NCBI GenBank assembly: GCA_039028615.1
Contig: JBCCHT010000084.1
Span: 1-14,462, forward strand
DNA from: Myxococcota bacterium
GTDB taxonomy: Bacteria; Myxococcota_A; Polyangia; Nannocystales; Nannocystaceae
Direction of reading: 5' to 3'
DNA: 14,462 bases
How positions within the stretch are numbered: position 1 is the stretch's first letter; every line of letters starts with the position of its first letter. Position numbers and translations under genes: made by a program. Under the pieces are notes generated by a model that saw only the letters and a list, made by a program, of their open reading frames with translations, made no database searches and was not told where the DNA came from. Below, piece by piece: positions 1-8,466 of this stretch.

Positions 1-54
1 ACGAGCTTCGGCTCGGCCGCGGCGCCCCGATCGCGAGCCTCCAGAGGCAGGGCG

Positions 55-60
55 TATCAT
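55..60 (+). promoter_or_regulatory. Candidate -10 element (TATCAT) 7 nt upstream of ATG 68, possible leaderless promoter
   Basis: TATCAT at 55-60 fits TAnnnT. It is followed by CGTCGCG and ATG, with no Shine-Dalgarno in between. No convincing -35. Confidence 0.4.
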
Positions 61-67
61 CGTCGCG

Positions 68-853
68 ATGGTCTACGTCCCAACCTTCGAGGGAACCATT
101 GCGCAGTGGGCGAGCCTGCTCTTCGTGGTGACCTCGCCCCTGTTCTTCTTGGGGGAGGCGACGGGCTGGACGAGCTTCGGCTACTCGAAGTTCGCCAAGC
201 GTGAGCGACGATTCGCCTTGCCCTCCCGGCTGGGCATGCTGGTGATCTACGCGCCCGCCGTGGTGTTGGTGTGGCTGCCGCTCGTGCTGCGGGGCGTCGA
301 GATGACGCCATGGCACCTGCTGGTGGCCACGCTCATCAGCCTTCACTTCGGCAAGCGCTGCCTCGAGGTGCTGTTCGTGCACCGCTACTCGGGAGTGATG
401 AACCTCGGCAGCGTGCTGCTCATCTGCTCGCTGTACTCGTCGGTCTCGTTGTTGCTCGGCGAGGTCGCGGCCACCGAGGTCGGAGCTTCGGGCATGCCGA
501 CGGAGGGCTTCGAGCTTTGGCTGGGCATCGGCCTGGCGCTGTGGATCCTCGGCACGGTGGGGAACCTGCACCATCACCGCTTGCTCGCGGGGCTGCGCAC
601 GCCGGGAGAGTCGGGCTACAAGGTGCCGCGCGGCGGGTTGTTCGGCCTGGTCGCGACCCCGCACTACTTCCTGGAGGTGGTCGGGTGGTGGGGCTTCGCC
701 CTCGTCTTTCACCACGTGGCCGCGGCCTGCATCGTGTGGACGATGATGCTGTACCTGGCCGGCCGCGCCCACAACACCCGCAAGTGGTATCGCGAGCGCA
801 TGGCCGACCAGCTGCCGTCGGGGTGGAAGCGGATGATCCCGTTCGTCTACTGA
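68..853 (+). CDS. 3-oxo-5-alpha-steroid 4-dehydrogenase / steroid 5-alpha-reductase family membrane reductase (261 aa)
   Basis: Multi-pass hydrophobic protein with family motifs HFGKRCLEVLFVH, GNLHHHRLLAGLR, YKVPRGGLFGLVATPHYFLE, WYRE and terminal KRMIPFVY. Confidence 0.9.
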   Translation: MVYVPTFEGTIAQWASLLFVVTSPLFFLGEATGWTSFGYSKFAKRERRFALPSRLGMLVIYAPAVVLVWLPLVLRGVEMTPWHLLVATLISLHFGKRCLEVLFVHRYSGVMNLGSVLLICSLYSSVSLLLGEVAATEVGASGMPTEGFELWLGIGLALWILGTVGNLHHHRLLAGLRTPGESGYKVPRGGLFGLVATPHYFLEVVGWWGFALVFHHVAAACIVWTMMLYLAGRAHNTRKWYRERMADQLPSGWKRMIPFVY

Positions 854-865
854 GGGCGCCCATCG

Positions 866-2098
866 ATGAGCGACGTGCCCGAACTCGACCCCGCGCAGCG
901 TCGCGCGAGCCGACGGATCGTGGCGGCTCAGACCGCGAGCAAGCTCGGCGACGTGCTGGTCGACGCCAAGACGGTGCTCACCTGGCTGATGACTTCGGTG
1001 GGGGCTCCGGTCGCGCTGATCGGCGCGCTGGTGCCCATCCGCGAGAGCGGCTCGATGCTCCCCCAGCTGTGGCTCACCGAGGGGGTGCAACGCTTCGGTC
1101 GCCGCAAGTGGGCGTACTTCGCCGGAGCAGTGGGGCAGGCCTTGGCATGCATGGCGATGGCGCTCGCGTTCGTGCTGCCGTCGGGGATTCGCGCGGGGCT
1201 GGCGATCCTGGTCGCGCTCGGGGCCTTGGCACTGGCTCGGGCGCTCAGCTCCATCGCGAGCAAGGACGTCCTCGGGCGCACGGTGCCCAAGGGCGCGCGC
1301 GGTCGGGTCGGTGGCCTGTCGTCGGCGATCTCCGGGGTGCTGGGCGCGGGCGGATCGCTCGCGGCGATCTTCTGGATGCGCGGCGACGGTGAGGCGGCCA
1401 CCTACGCGGCGGTGGTGGCCATGGCCGCGGGCGCGTTCCTCACGGCGGGGCTCGCCTACGCGACGGTGGCCGAGCCCTACCACGAGCCCAAGCCATCGCC
1501 GGGGGGGTCGACCGCTCGCCTACGCATGTTGTGGGACGACCGATTGCTGCGGCGCTTCGTCATCGTCCGCGCGCTGTTGCTCGGCTCGGCGTTGGGAGGG
1601 CCCTTCTTCGTGTTGTTTGGGCAACAGAGCTCCGACAGGCTCTCGACCCTGGCCACCTTCGTGCTGGCAGCCGGGGCGGCCAAGGCCCTCAGCTCGCCGT
1701 GGTGGGGGACGCAGGCCGATCGCTCGGGGAGCCGCGCCATGGCGTGGGGTGGGGCGCTGGCGGGCCTCACCGCCGTCGTCGCGGTCGCCGTGCGCCAGGG
1801 CTTGGAGGGCCACGTGACCCCGAGCTACCTGTGGCCGGCGCTCTACTTCGTGTTCACCGTGGGCTACGTGGGCGTTCGCGTGGGGCGGAAGACGCACGTC
1901 GTGGACATGGCGGGCGGCGATCGACGCACCGCCTACGTGGCGGCGAGCAACACCGCCATCGCGATTGTCTTGCTCGCGTTCGGCGGGCTCGGGGCGGTGC
2001 TACAGGCCTGGTCCGACCTCGCCGCCCTCGGGCTGATGGGGAGCCTGACCCTCGTCGGAGCCGGGCTCGCCCTGCGCTTGCCCGGCACCGGAGACTGA
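866..2098 (+). CDS. MFS transporter (410 aa)
   Basis: Many hydrophobic segments in two halves, MFS-type loop motifs (QRFGRRKW; QADRSGSR). Starts 12 nt after the upstream stop, so probably co-transcribed. Confidence 0.85.
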   Translation: MSDVPELDPAQRRASRRIVAAQTASKLGDVLVDAKTVLTWLMTSVGAPVALIGALVPIRESGSMLPQLWLTEGVQRFGRRKWAYFAGAVGQALACMAMALAFVLPSGIRAGLAILVALGALALARALSSIASKDVLGRTVPKGARGRVGGLSSAISGVLGAGGSLAAIFWMRGDGEAATYAAVVAMAAGAFLTAGLAYATVAEPYHEPKPSPGGSTARLRMLWDDRLLRRFVIVRALLLGSALGGPFFVLFGQQSSDRLSTLATFVLAAGAAKALSSPWWGTQADRSGSRAMAWGGALAGLTAVVAVAVRQGLEGHVTPSYLWPALYFVFTVGYVGVRVGRKTHVVDMAGGDRRTAYVAASNTAIAIVLLAFGGLGAVLQAWSDLAALGLMGSLTLVGAGLALRLPGTGD

Positions 2099-5000
2099 GG
2101 CGCCCTCGCGCTGTGCGAGCCAGCGCTCGACCTCGGCTCGGTGGGCGTGCTCATAGGCGAGTCGATGCTCGTGAACCGCCCGCTTGGCTAGCGCGAGCGA
2201 GCGTTCCGACTCCCCCGTCGCGTCGAGGGCCTGGGCGAGGGCAAAGTGCGCGCGGGACCAATGCCGCGGACCGACCTCCCGGGCCTTGGCGATGCTCACG
2301 GCTCGTTGCGCGAGGCTGACGGCACGACCGGGGTTGCCCCGGGCCAGCGCGACCTCGGTCAGGCCGGCGAGGCTCGGGATCAGTGCCTCGTCCTGCAGCC
2401 CGATCACGCGCTCGGCCAGCGCGAGCGCTTCGCGGTGAGCCTCGCCGGCCCGTTCGACATCCGAGCGCTCCAGCAGCAGCACGCCGAGCTCGTCGAGCGA
2501 GCGGATCCGCTGGCGGTCGTTGTCGATCGGGGAGGCGTGGCGGCGCCCGAGCGCTTGCCGTCGCCACTGCACGGCGTCGTCGAGCCGCCCCATCGCGTGC
2601 AGGATGTCGGCCTTGCGCTCCATCGCCCGCAGCACATCGGGGTGCTCGGGCTCGAGGAAGCCTTCGAGGCCGGCGAGGGCTTCGTCGCATCGTTGGAGAG
2701 CGCGATCGAGCTCGCCCCGATGCATGTCGATGTCGGCGAGCTCGAGCAGGCCTTGGGCGACTGCCCGGTTGCGCTGCCCCGATGAGTCGAGGCGGATTCG
2801 GGCGGCGCGGGCTTGGCTTCGTTGCGCGGCCTCGATCCGCCCGAGGGCTAGCTGGGTCCGAAACATCCCCTCGAGCGTTCGCGAGATGCGGATGTGATCG
2901 GGACGAACCACGCGCTCGTACAGCGCCAGGCCCTGCTCTTGCAGGGCGAGCGCCTCCTCGACGTGCCCGAGCTCGAACAACGCTCGCCCTCGCTGCTCGT
3001 CGAGCTCACCGATGTAGGGATGCTCGGGCCCGACCGCATCGAGCCAGACATCGTGGGCACCGACGAACAGCGCCAGCGCCTCGCGGGGACGGCCCTGTGC
3101 CAAGTAAACCCGGCCCAGGTTGCGGACCGCGGCCGCCGTGATCGGGTGCTCGGCGCCGAGCGCTTCGGTGCGCAGCTCGACGGAACGCTCGCCTTGCCGG
3201 GCGGCCTCGGCGTAGTCGCCCAGCCCGAGGTAGACGTGCAGGAGCAGGTAGTGCTTCTCGGCGCGGTCGAGCCCGCTCGGGTCCGACAGCGAGGCGGACA
3301 GGCGCGTCGCGTGGCGGGCCCACAGCTCCGCCTCCCGGTAGCGGTGCAGGGGAGTGAGGGCCTGGATCAGCGAGTGGGCGGAGCGGAACGCCACCTCGAT
3401 CGAGCCGGCGTCCATGGCCTTGAAGTAGGCGTCGGTGAGCATCAGCTCGGCGGCGCGGAAGCGGCCGGTCATGACCAATCGACGCCCCACGATGAACTGG
3501 GCCTGAGCGAGCAGCGGCGGCCACCCCAGCGCGCGCGCGCGCGCCATCGCTCGCTCGCCGAGCTCGAGCCCTTCGTCGTAGCGACCGGCGTAGCTCAGCC
3601 CGTCGGACTCGCTGATCTCCATGCGAATGGAACGAATCTCCGCGCGCTGGTCCAGCGGAGGCACGGGGAGGTTGCGCAGCGACGCCGCTTCCAGGCAGGT
3701 CGAGACCGGGTCGAGGTACGACGCGATGCGAACGGCCCGGCGGGCGCCCTTGTCTCGGAGCGTGGCGATCTGATCGACGGTGACCTCGAGCTGGAGGCGG
3801 CGGTCGTCGAGGCACCACTGCGCCCGGTCGCGTCGGTCCCGGCTCCAGTCGGGCTCGATCGACGCGTGCACGCAGGCCTCGGTGCGGGCGGCGCTCCACT
3901 GGTCCCGGTAGGCGTCGAGCCGCTGAATGACCTTGTCCGCGTTGTCGGGGGCAAAACGAGCCCCGGTGGCGAGCAAGCCCTTGCGCACTCGCTCGCGCTC
4001 GTCGTCGTTCCAGACCTCGTCGATGCGGTCGCCTCGAGCCTCGCACTCGGCCTGCTGCGCGTGGGCCCGATGCCGTTGCTGCACGACGACGAGGCTCGCC
4101 ACCCCGGCCACGGTCACCGCCGTGCACAGGCCCGCCTGCCATCGCCAGCGCCGTCGGCCGCGCTCGAGGACGACGAGGAGCCTCGCCATCGATGCCCAAC
4201 GCGCGCGCGGTTTGGCGTCGAGCCCTCGCTGCAGCGCGCGGCGAAGCCATCGTGGCATGCGAGCGCTCTTCGGCGGGGGATGAATCTTGCCTTCCGCCGC
4301 GTTGGCGAAGGTCTCTGCCGTCGTTGCTCCGTCGAAGGGCCGCTGCCGACAGATGCCCTCCCACAGGCTGACGCAGAACGAGAACTGGTCCGCGGCGGGA
4401 GTCAGCTCGTTGGGCATGACCTGCTCGGGCGCCATATAGGCGGGCGTGCCGGCGAAGCGATCGACGGTGGCCTCGTCGAGCAGCGAGCTGCGGAGCGACT
4501 CGACCTCGGCCTCGACGTTCTCCGAGCTGGCGTCCTGGCTGGGACGCGCGAGCCCGAAGTCCATCACACGGACCTGGCCGTCGAACGAGACCATGACGTT
4601 GTCGGGCTTGAAGTCGCGATGGATCAGCTCGTGTTCATGGGCGGCCCGCAGCCCCTGGCCCGCGCCCAGGAACACCTCCAGCACCTCGCGCCACGATCGT
4701 GACCCGGCCCGTAGCCACTCGGTCAGCGTGGTGCCCTCGATGAACTCCATCGCGACGTAGACCGTGCCGTCGTGCTCGCCCGCATCGTGGACGGCGACCA
4801 CGTTCGGGTGCGTCAGCTTGGCCATCGCCTGGGCCTCGCGCAGCAGCGCCCGGCGGTTCTTGGCGCTCGTGTGTCCGCGCAGCAGCTTCAGCGCGACCCG
4901 ACGATCCAGCTCGGGATCGTAGGCCAGGTACACCACTCCCATGCCGCCCGCGCCGAGCTTGCGCAGCACGACGTAGCGCCCGATCTCGTCGCCCTTGGCC

Positions 5001-5101
5001 GGGAGCTGCGACGGCGACGGCACGCGTCCAGATCCTTCGATGCTCGGATCATCACCGGGCAACGTGGCGTCGAGTGTCTCGGCGGGCGTATGCGGGGGCA
5101 C
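2000..5101 (-). CDS. Hanks-type Ser/Thr protein kinase with transmembrane segment and C-terminal TPR repeats (~1033 aa)
   Basis: GAGGMGVV, VALK, HRDFKPDN, DFG, GTPAYMAPE and ADQFSF motifs. Hydrophobic AGLCTAVTVAGVASLVVV segment. Repeated helical units with (L/V)GxEHP-type linkers. The start is my choice of in-frame GTG 5101, because the 5884 ORF start runs antisense over the lipoprotein gene. Exact start uncertain. Confidence 0.9.
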   Translation of the reverse strand: MPPHTPAETLDATLPGDDPSIEGSGRVPSPSQLPAKGDEIGRYVVLRKLGAGGMGVVYLAYDPELDRRVALKLLRGHTSAKNRRALLREAQAMAKLTHPNVVAVHDAGEHDGTVYVAMEFIEGTTLTEWLRAGSRSWREVLEVFLGAGQGLRAAHEHELIHRDFKPDNVMVSFDGQVRVMDFGLARPSQDASSENVEAEVESLRSSLLDEATVDRFAGTPAYMAPEQVMPNELTPAADQFSFCVSLWEGICRQRPFDGATTAETFANAAEGKIHPPPKSARMPRWLRRALQRGLDAKPRARWASMARLLVVLERGRRRWRWQAGLCTAVTVAGVASLVVVQQRHRAHAQQAECEARGDRIDEVWNDDERERVRKGLLATGARFAPDNADKVIQRLDAYRDQWSAARTEACVHASIEPDWSRDRRDRAQWCLDDRRLQLEVTVDQIATLRDKGARRAVRIASYLDPVSTCLEAASLRNLPVPPLDQRAEIRSIRMEISESDGLSYAGRYDEGLELGERAMARARALGWPPLLAQAQFIVGRRLVMTGRFRAAELMLTDAYFKAMDAGSIEVAFRSAHSLIQALTPLHRYREAELWARHATRLSASLSDPSGLDRAEKHYLLLHVYLGLGDYAEAARQGERSVELRTEALGAEHPITAAAVRNLGRVYLAQGRPREALALFVGAHDVWLDAVGPEHPYIGELDEQRGRALFELGHVEEALALQEQGLALYERVVRPDHIRISRTLEGMFRTQLALGRIEAAQRSQARAARIRLDSSGQRNRAVAQGLLELADIDMHRGELDRALQRCDEALAGLEGFLEPEHPDVLRAMERKADILHAMGRLDDAVQWRRQALGRRHASPIDNDRQRIRSLDELGVLLLERSDVERAGEAHREALALAERVIGLQDEALIPSLAGLTEVALARGNPGRAVSLAQRAVSIAKAREVGPRHWSRAHFALAQALDATGESERSLALAKRAVHEHRLAYEHAHRAEVERWLAQREGASVSGAGQAQGEPGSDEGQAPHQPEGGEVGPGL

Positions 5102-5290
5102 GTGGACTCGCGCTGGTTCGACAAACAGTACGGCCGCTGCTTCCGGGCCAGCAACCACACGAAGTGGCGATGTGTCCCAACCGCGCCGCGGAGTGCATCG
5201 GGCACCGCAGGGTCGATATTCGTTCCGATGGCGGCCACCGCGAGGCAGACGGCGTTCCACTGCGGCAGCAACGCCATGCCGTCGCGTGGT

Positions 5291-5320
5291 TTGGCCTTCG
5301 GTGGAATGGGCGCCTATAAC
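5291..5320 (+). promoter_or_regulatory. Candidate sigma70-type promoter TTGGCC-N18-TATAAC, 6 nt upstream of ATG 5327
   Basis: TTGGCC at 5291-5296 and TATAAC at 5315-5320, with no SD between the -10 and the ATG. The last base of the -10 departs from the conserved T. Confidence 0.35.
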
Positions 5321-5326
5321 GCAATC

Positions 5327-6376
5327 ATGCTCCGCCCCCTGTTCGCTTCCGCCCTTTTGCTCCTCGGCGCGTGCAAGAACGACGAGGCCGACAAAACGCA
5401 GTCGAAGACGGAGGCCAAGGCGGAGGTCGAGCCGGCCGCGAAAGACGAGCCGCCCGCTCCGTCCGAGGCGGGCGAGCAATCCGACGATGAGCCGAGCGTC
5501 GAGCCCCGCCGCGGCAAGGGCTTGACCGGCGCGATCGGAGAGGTGGTCGGTGGGGTCGAGCCGTCGAAGCACGCGCTGCTCATCCCCGACGGCGCGACGG
5601 TGCTCCTCGGCATCGACCTCTCCGCCGTCGTCTCCCACCCCTTGCTGCCGATTCTGGAGAGCCGGCTGCGGTCCCGACAGCGGGAGCAGCTGCGGGCGGC
5701 CAAGGCCTGCGGCGTCGGCCTTTCGCAAGGCAAGACCTTCGTGATCGGGATGGATCTGATGACCCGTAACGTGGCCATGGTGGTCGAGGCGAAGGGGCTG
5801 GGCACCCGCAAGACCTTGCAGTGCATGGCCAAGGAGATCGGCAACTTCACGCTCTCCGAGGACGGCAAGACGCTCAGCGATCACACGGGCGGCGGCATCG
5901 TGCTCGACGACGACGCGGTCGCCTTCGCGTCGCCTGCCTGGATGGACCCGCTGCGCGAGCGGATCGCGGGCAAGGGCAAGGCGGCGGTCGAGGGCTCGGC
6001 CCGCGAAGCCTTCGCTCGAGCGAAGCCGTCGCGACCGCTGTGGCTCGCCGGGGAAATCCCCGCGTATCTGGGGGCCATGGCGGCCGGCGTGTTGGGGGCC
6101 CAGCCCTCGATGGTGCTGGTCGACGCCAAGCTGGGCGAGACGGTCGACGTGGAGGTCGCCGTGCAGGTCCCCGATCCGGCGGCCACGCAGCGCGGCTTGC
6201 AGGAGAAGTGGAATGCCCTACGCGGTTTCGCCGTCTCCAGCGGGGTGCCGCGGACGGTCAGCGAGAGCCTGAAGATCAGCAACGATGACGAGATGGTGCG
6301 GATCGAGGTTCAGGCCACACCCGACGAGATCGACCAGCTGTTGCGAACCGCCGAGGGCGGTTCCCGCGGCTTCTAG
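5327..6376 (+). CDS. Lipoprotein of unknown function (349 aa)
   Basis: MLRPLFASALLLLGAC signal peptide with LGAC lipobox (Cys16), followed by a charged Pro/Glu/Lys-rich linker and a globular region with two further Cys. ORF-track start 4772 rejected because it overlaps the kinase. Confidence 0.8.
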   Translation: MLRPLFASALLLLGACKNDEADKTQSKTEAKAEVEPAAKDEPPAPSEAGEQSDDEPSVEPRRGKGLTGAIGEVVGGVEPSKHALLIPDGATVLLGIDLSAVVSHPLLPILESRLRSRQREQLRAAKACGVGLSQGKTFVIGMDLMTRNVAMVVEAKGLGTRKTLQCMAKEIGNFTLSEDGKTLSDHTGGGIVLDDDAVAFASPAWMDPLRERIAGKGKAAVEGSAREAFARAKPSRPLWLAGEIPAYLGAMAAGVLGAQPSMVLVDAKLGETVDVEVAVQVPDPAATQRGLQEKWNALRGFAVSSGVPRTVSESLKISNDDEMVRIEVQATPDEIDQLLRTAEGGSRGF

Positions 6377-6444
6377 AGGGCAGGGTTGGTGGCGGTCGTG
6401 AGCGCTGTGTACAGTGCTCGCGGGGTACCGCTCGTCTTCTCGCG

Positions 6445-7383
6445 ATGGAAAATCTCGTCTCGTTTCCCTTCTCCGCCCGCGCTCCGAGTTCCCTCGCGGA
6501 GCCCGTCACCCAGCACTCTGCCGCCTGGGTGCGGGAACTCGGCTTGCTCGAGCAGCTCCCCAATCGGCAGCGCTACGAGATGCTGGCCATCGGTGACCTG
6601 GTCACGCGCACGCATCCGTCGTTTGCCCTGGCCGAGCTGCAGATCATCGCCAACTGGAGCCTGTGGCTGTTCGTCAACGACGACATCTACCAGCACCTGT
6701 CGCCCGACGAGCTGGGGGGATGGGTCGAGCGCTGCGTCGCGATCGTGGGCGGGCAGGACGTGCCCGCCGACACTCCCTTGCTGCGGGGGTTGGCCAGCCT
6801 GGTCGAGCAGACCTGGCCGCACGTGTCGGAGCGATGGCGCGAGCACTTCGCGGACAACCTGCGCGACCACCTGGCCTCGCTACAGTGGGAGACGGCCCTG
6901 GCGGTGGACGGTCGCTCACCGGACATAGCCACCTACCTCGACAAGCGCCAGTCCACGAGCGGCTTCAAGGCCTACGCCGACCTGCTGCACATCAGCCCCG
7001 GCTTCACCGTGCCCGACGACGTGCGCTTCAGCCCGCCCGTGCAGCGCATGGAGCTGATGATCAACAACATCGCCAGCTGGGCCAACGAGGTGCTCTCGTT
7101 CGACAAAGAGCGGGAGCAGGACGACCTGCTCACCAACATGGTGTGGGTCTACCACTGCGAGAAGGGCATCTCGGTCGAGGACGCCAAGGCCCAGGTCATC
7201 AGCCTTTGTCAGTCCGAGATCGACAACCTGCACTTCCAGATGACCCACTTGCCCGACTTCGGGGAAGACGTGGTGCCCAGCCTGCGGCACTACGTGTCGG
7301 TCTTGCAGGACCTGGTGGTGGGCACGTTCCAGTGGCACTTCGCGACGTCTAGGTATCGCCAGCACTGGAAGCCGTCGCAGTAG
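6445..7383 (+). CDS. Class I bacterial terpene synthase/cyclase family protein (312 aa), non-canonical metal-binding motifs
   Basis: Motifs in canonical order: WLFVNDDIYQ (DDxxD position), YLDKRQSTSG (diphosphate-sensor Arg), WANEVLSFDKE (NSE position), TNMVWV, WHFATSRY (WxxxxxRY). Confidence 0.88.
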   Translation: MENLVSFPFSARAPSSLAEPVTQHSAAWVRELGLLEQLPNRQRYEMLAIGDLVTRTHPSFALAELQIIANWSLWLFVNDDIYQHLSPDELGGWVERCVAIVGGQDVPADTPLLRGLASLVEQTWPHVSERWREHFADNLRDHLASLQWETALAVDGRSPDIATYLDKRQSTSGFKAYADLLHISPGFTVPDDVRFSPPVQRMELMINNIASWANEVLSFDKEREQDDLLTNMVWVYHCEKGISVEDAKAQVISLCQSEIDNLHFQMTHLPDFGEDVVPSLRHYVSVLQDLVVGTFQWHFATSRYRQHWKPSQ

Positions 7384-8374
7384 CAAGGACGGCCGTGGCA
7401 CTACGCGTGTGCATCGGGCATCCGACGGGGGTCGCCGTGGCGGGGCGAGCCGTGCGGTGCACGGGGCAGCCGACGCTGGGGCCGTGGCCCGCCTTCGTAC
7501 CGCGACGCTTGGCCATGGCGCGGAGGACCTTGGGCGGGCCCAGCTGCAGCGGCTCGTAGCCATCGGGGTAGGTCACGAGCTCGTGGAAGCGGCGAGCGTC
7601 GCGGTAGGGCCGACGCTGGTGGAGGTTGAAGCGCCGACGCAAGGCCCGGCGGGCTCGCATCACGCCGAGCACGGTCGTGCGGATGGGCCAGGCGGCGCGT
7701 TTCAGGCCCAACGCTCGCCGGAGGTCGTCGTCGATGACCGTCGCGATGATCGAAGGCACGAGCCAGTGCAAGGGCCGGGGCACGTCGGCGCACAGGCCCC
7801 GAATGGCCCCGCGCGTCACCGCTTCGTTGTCCGGGTGGTACCGCTGGCAGCGAGCCTCGTAGGCCTGCCGCCAGCGCTTCATCGCATCGTAGGTCTCCGG
7901 GATGTCGGTGATGCCCATGCGACTGCCGAGCTGGATCCCGAAGTTGTGCAGGGCTCGGCGCTCTCGCTCGCGGAGCTGGCGGTGCCCGAAGCGGACCAAC
8001 CAGAAGTCGAGATCCATGTACAGCGTGGTGAGCGTGTACAGGTTGTCGTCGTTGGTGATCGGGTAAAACGAGTGGATCTCGTTGAGGTGCTCGATCATCG
8101 CGCCGACCTCGGGCTTGTCGAAGCCTCCGAACAGCTCGAGCCCGATGCCGAGGGTGTCGTCCAGCCGCTTGCGGCTGTCGTCCTCGTACTGCCGCGTGCC
8201 GTGCAGGACCCGCGAGATGCTCGGGATCCCGAACGTGGTCAGCTGACCGAGCTCGACCGAGTGCAGGTAGTCCTCGGTGAACACGTGGTCGAACAGGATG
8301 CGAACGATGGTCGCCGCGTCTTCATCCGGGTCCAGAGCATCGATGCGTGCCTCCCAGGTCTCGGTTCTCCACAT
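7349..8374 (-). CDS. MpaB / DUF2236 (Lcp-like) heme oxygenase family protein (341 aa)
   Basis: TFGIPSISRVLHGT, KRLDDT, HLNEIHSFYPITNDDNLYTL, GSRMGITDIPETY and YPDGY motifs typical of the family. ATG 8374 has GAGG 6 nt upstream. ORF-track start 8476 would overlap the LysR start. Confidence 0.85.
   Translation of the reverse strand: MWRTETWEARIDALDPDEDAATIVRILFDHVFTEDYLHSVELGQLTTFGIPSISRVLHGTRQYEDDSRKRLDDTLGIGLELFGGFDKPEVGAMIEHLNEIHSFYPITNDDNLYTLTTLYMDLDFWLVRFGHRQLRERERRALHNFGIQLGSRMGITDIPETYDAMKRWRQAYEARCQRYHPDNEAVTRGAIRGLCADVPRPLHWLVPSIIATVIDDDLRRALGLKRAAWPIRTTVLGVMRARRALRRRFNLHQRRPYRDARRFHELVTYPDGYEPLQLGPPKVLRAMAKRRGTKAGHGPSVGCPVHRTARPATATPVGCPMHTRSATAVLATATASSAGDT
7409..7474 (-). repeat. 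Imperfect 18-nt direct repeat (7409-7426, 7457-7474) encoding VGCPMH and VGCPVH
   Basis: GTGCATCGGGCATCCGAC vs GTGCACGGGGCAGCCGAC on the + strand, 15/18 identical, 48 nt apart. Confidence 0.75.
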
Positions 8375-8384
8375 ATCGGCCTCG

Positions 8385-8466
8385 GGTCCATCTTTGGCTA
8401 CGAAAGGGTGATTGAAAATGGACCAAGATGATCCGATAGGTGTTACAAAAGCGTCCATCTCATGGA
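8385..8466. promoter_or_regulatory. Divergent promoter region with candidate LysR sites
   Basis: TCCAT-CTC-ATGGA at 8454-8466 is a T-N11-A dyad overlapping the LysR ATG. GGTCCAT 8385-8391 and ATGGACC 8418-8424 form an inverted pair. GTCCATCT occurs at 8386-8393 and 8453-8460. Confidence 0.55.

Noticed and set aside
4772..5326. N-terminal extension of the 534-aa ORF
   Set aside because: It overlaps the kinase antisense, and the lipoprotein signal peptide must be N-terminal, which fixes the start at 5327.
5102..5884. N-terminal 261 aa of the 1294-aa kinase ORF
   Set aside because: It lies largely antisense to the lipoprotein gene, has no recognisable motif and is typical of stop-poor GC-rich DNA.
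6445..7383. Geosmin or 2-methylisoborneol synthase assignment
   Set aside because: It is a single domain only, with no neighbouring GPP methyltransferase or cNMP-binding/encapsulin gene. The product cannot be assigned from sequence.
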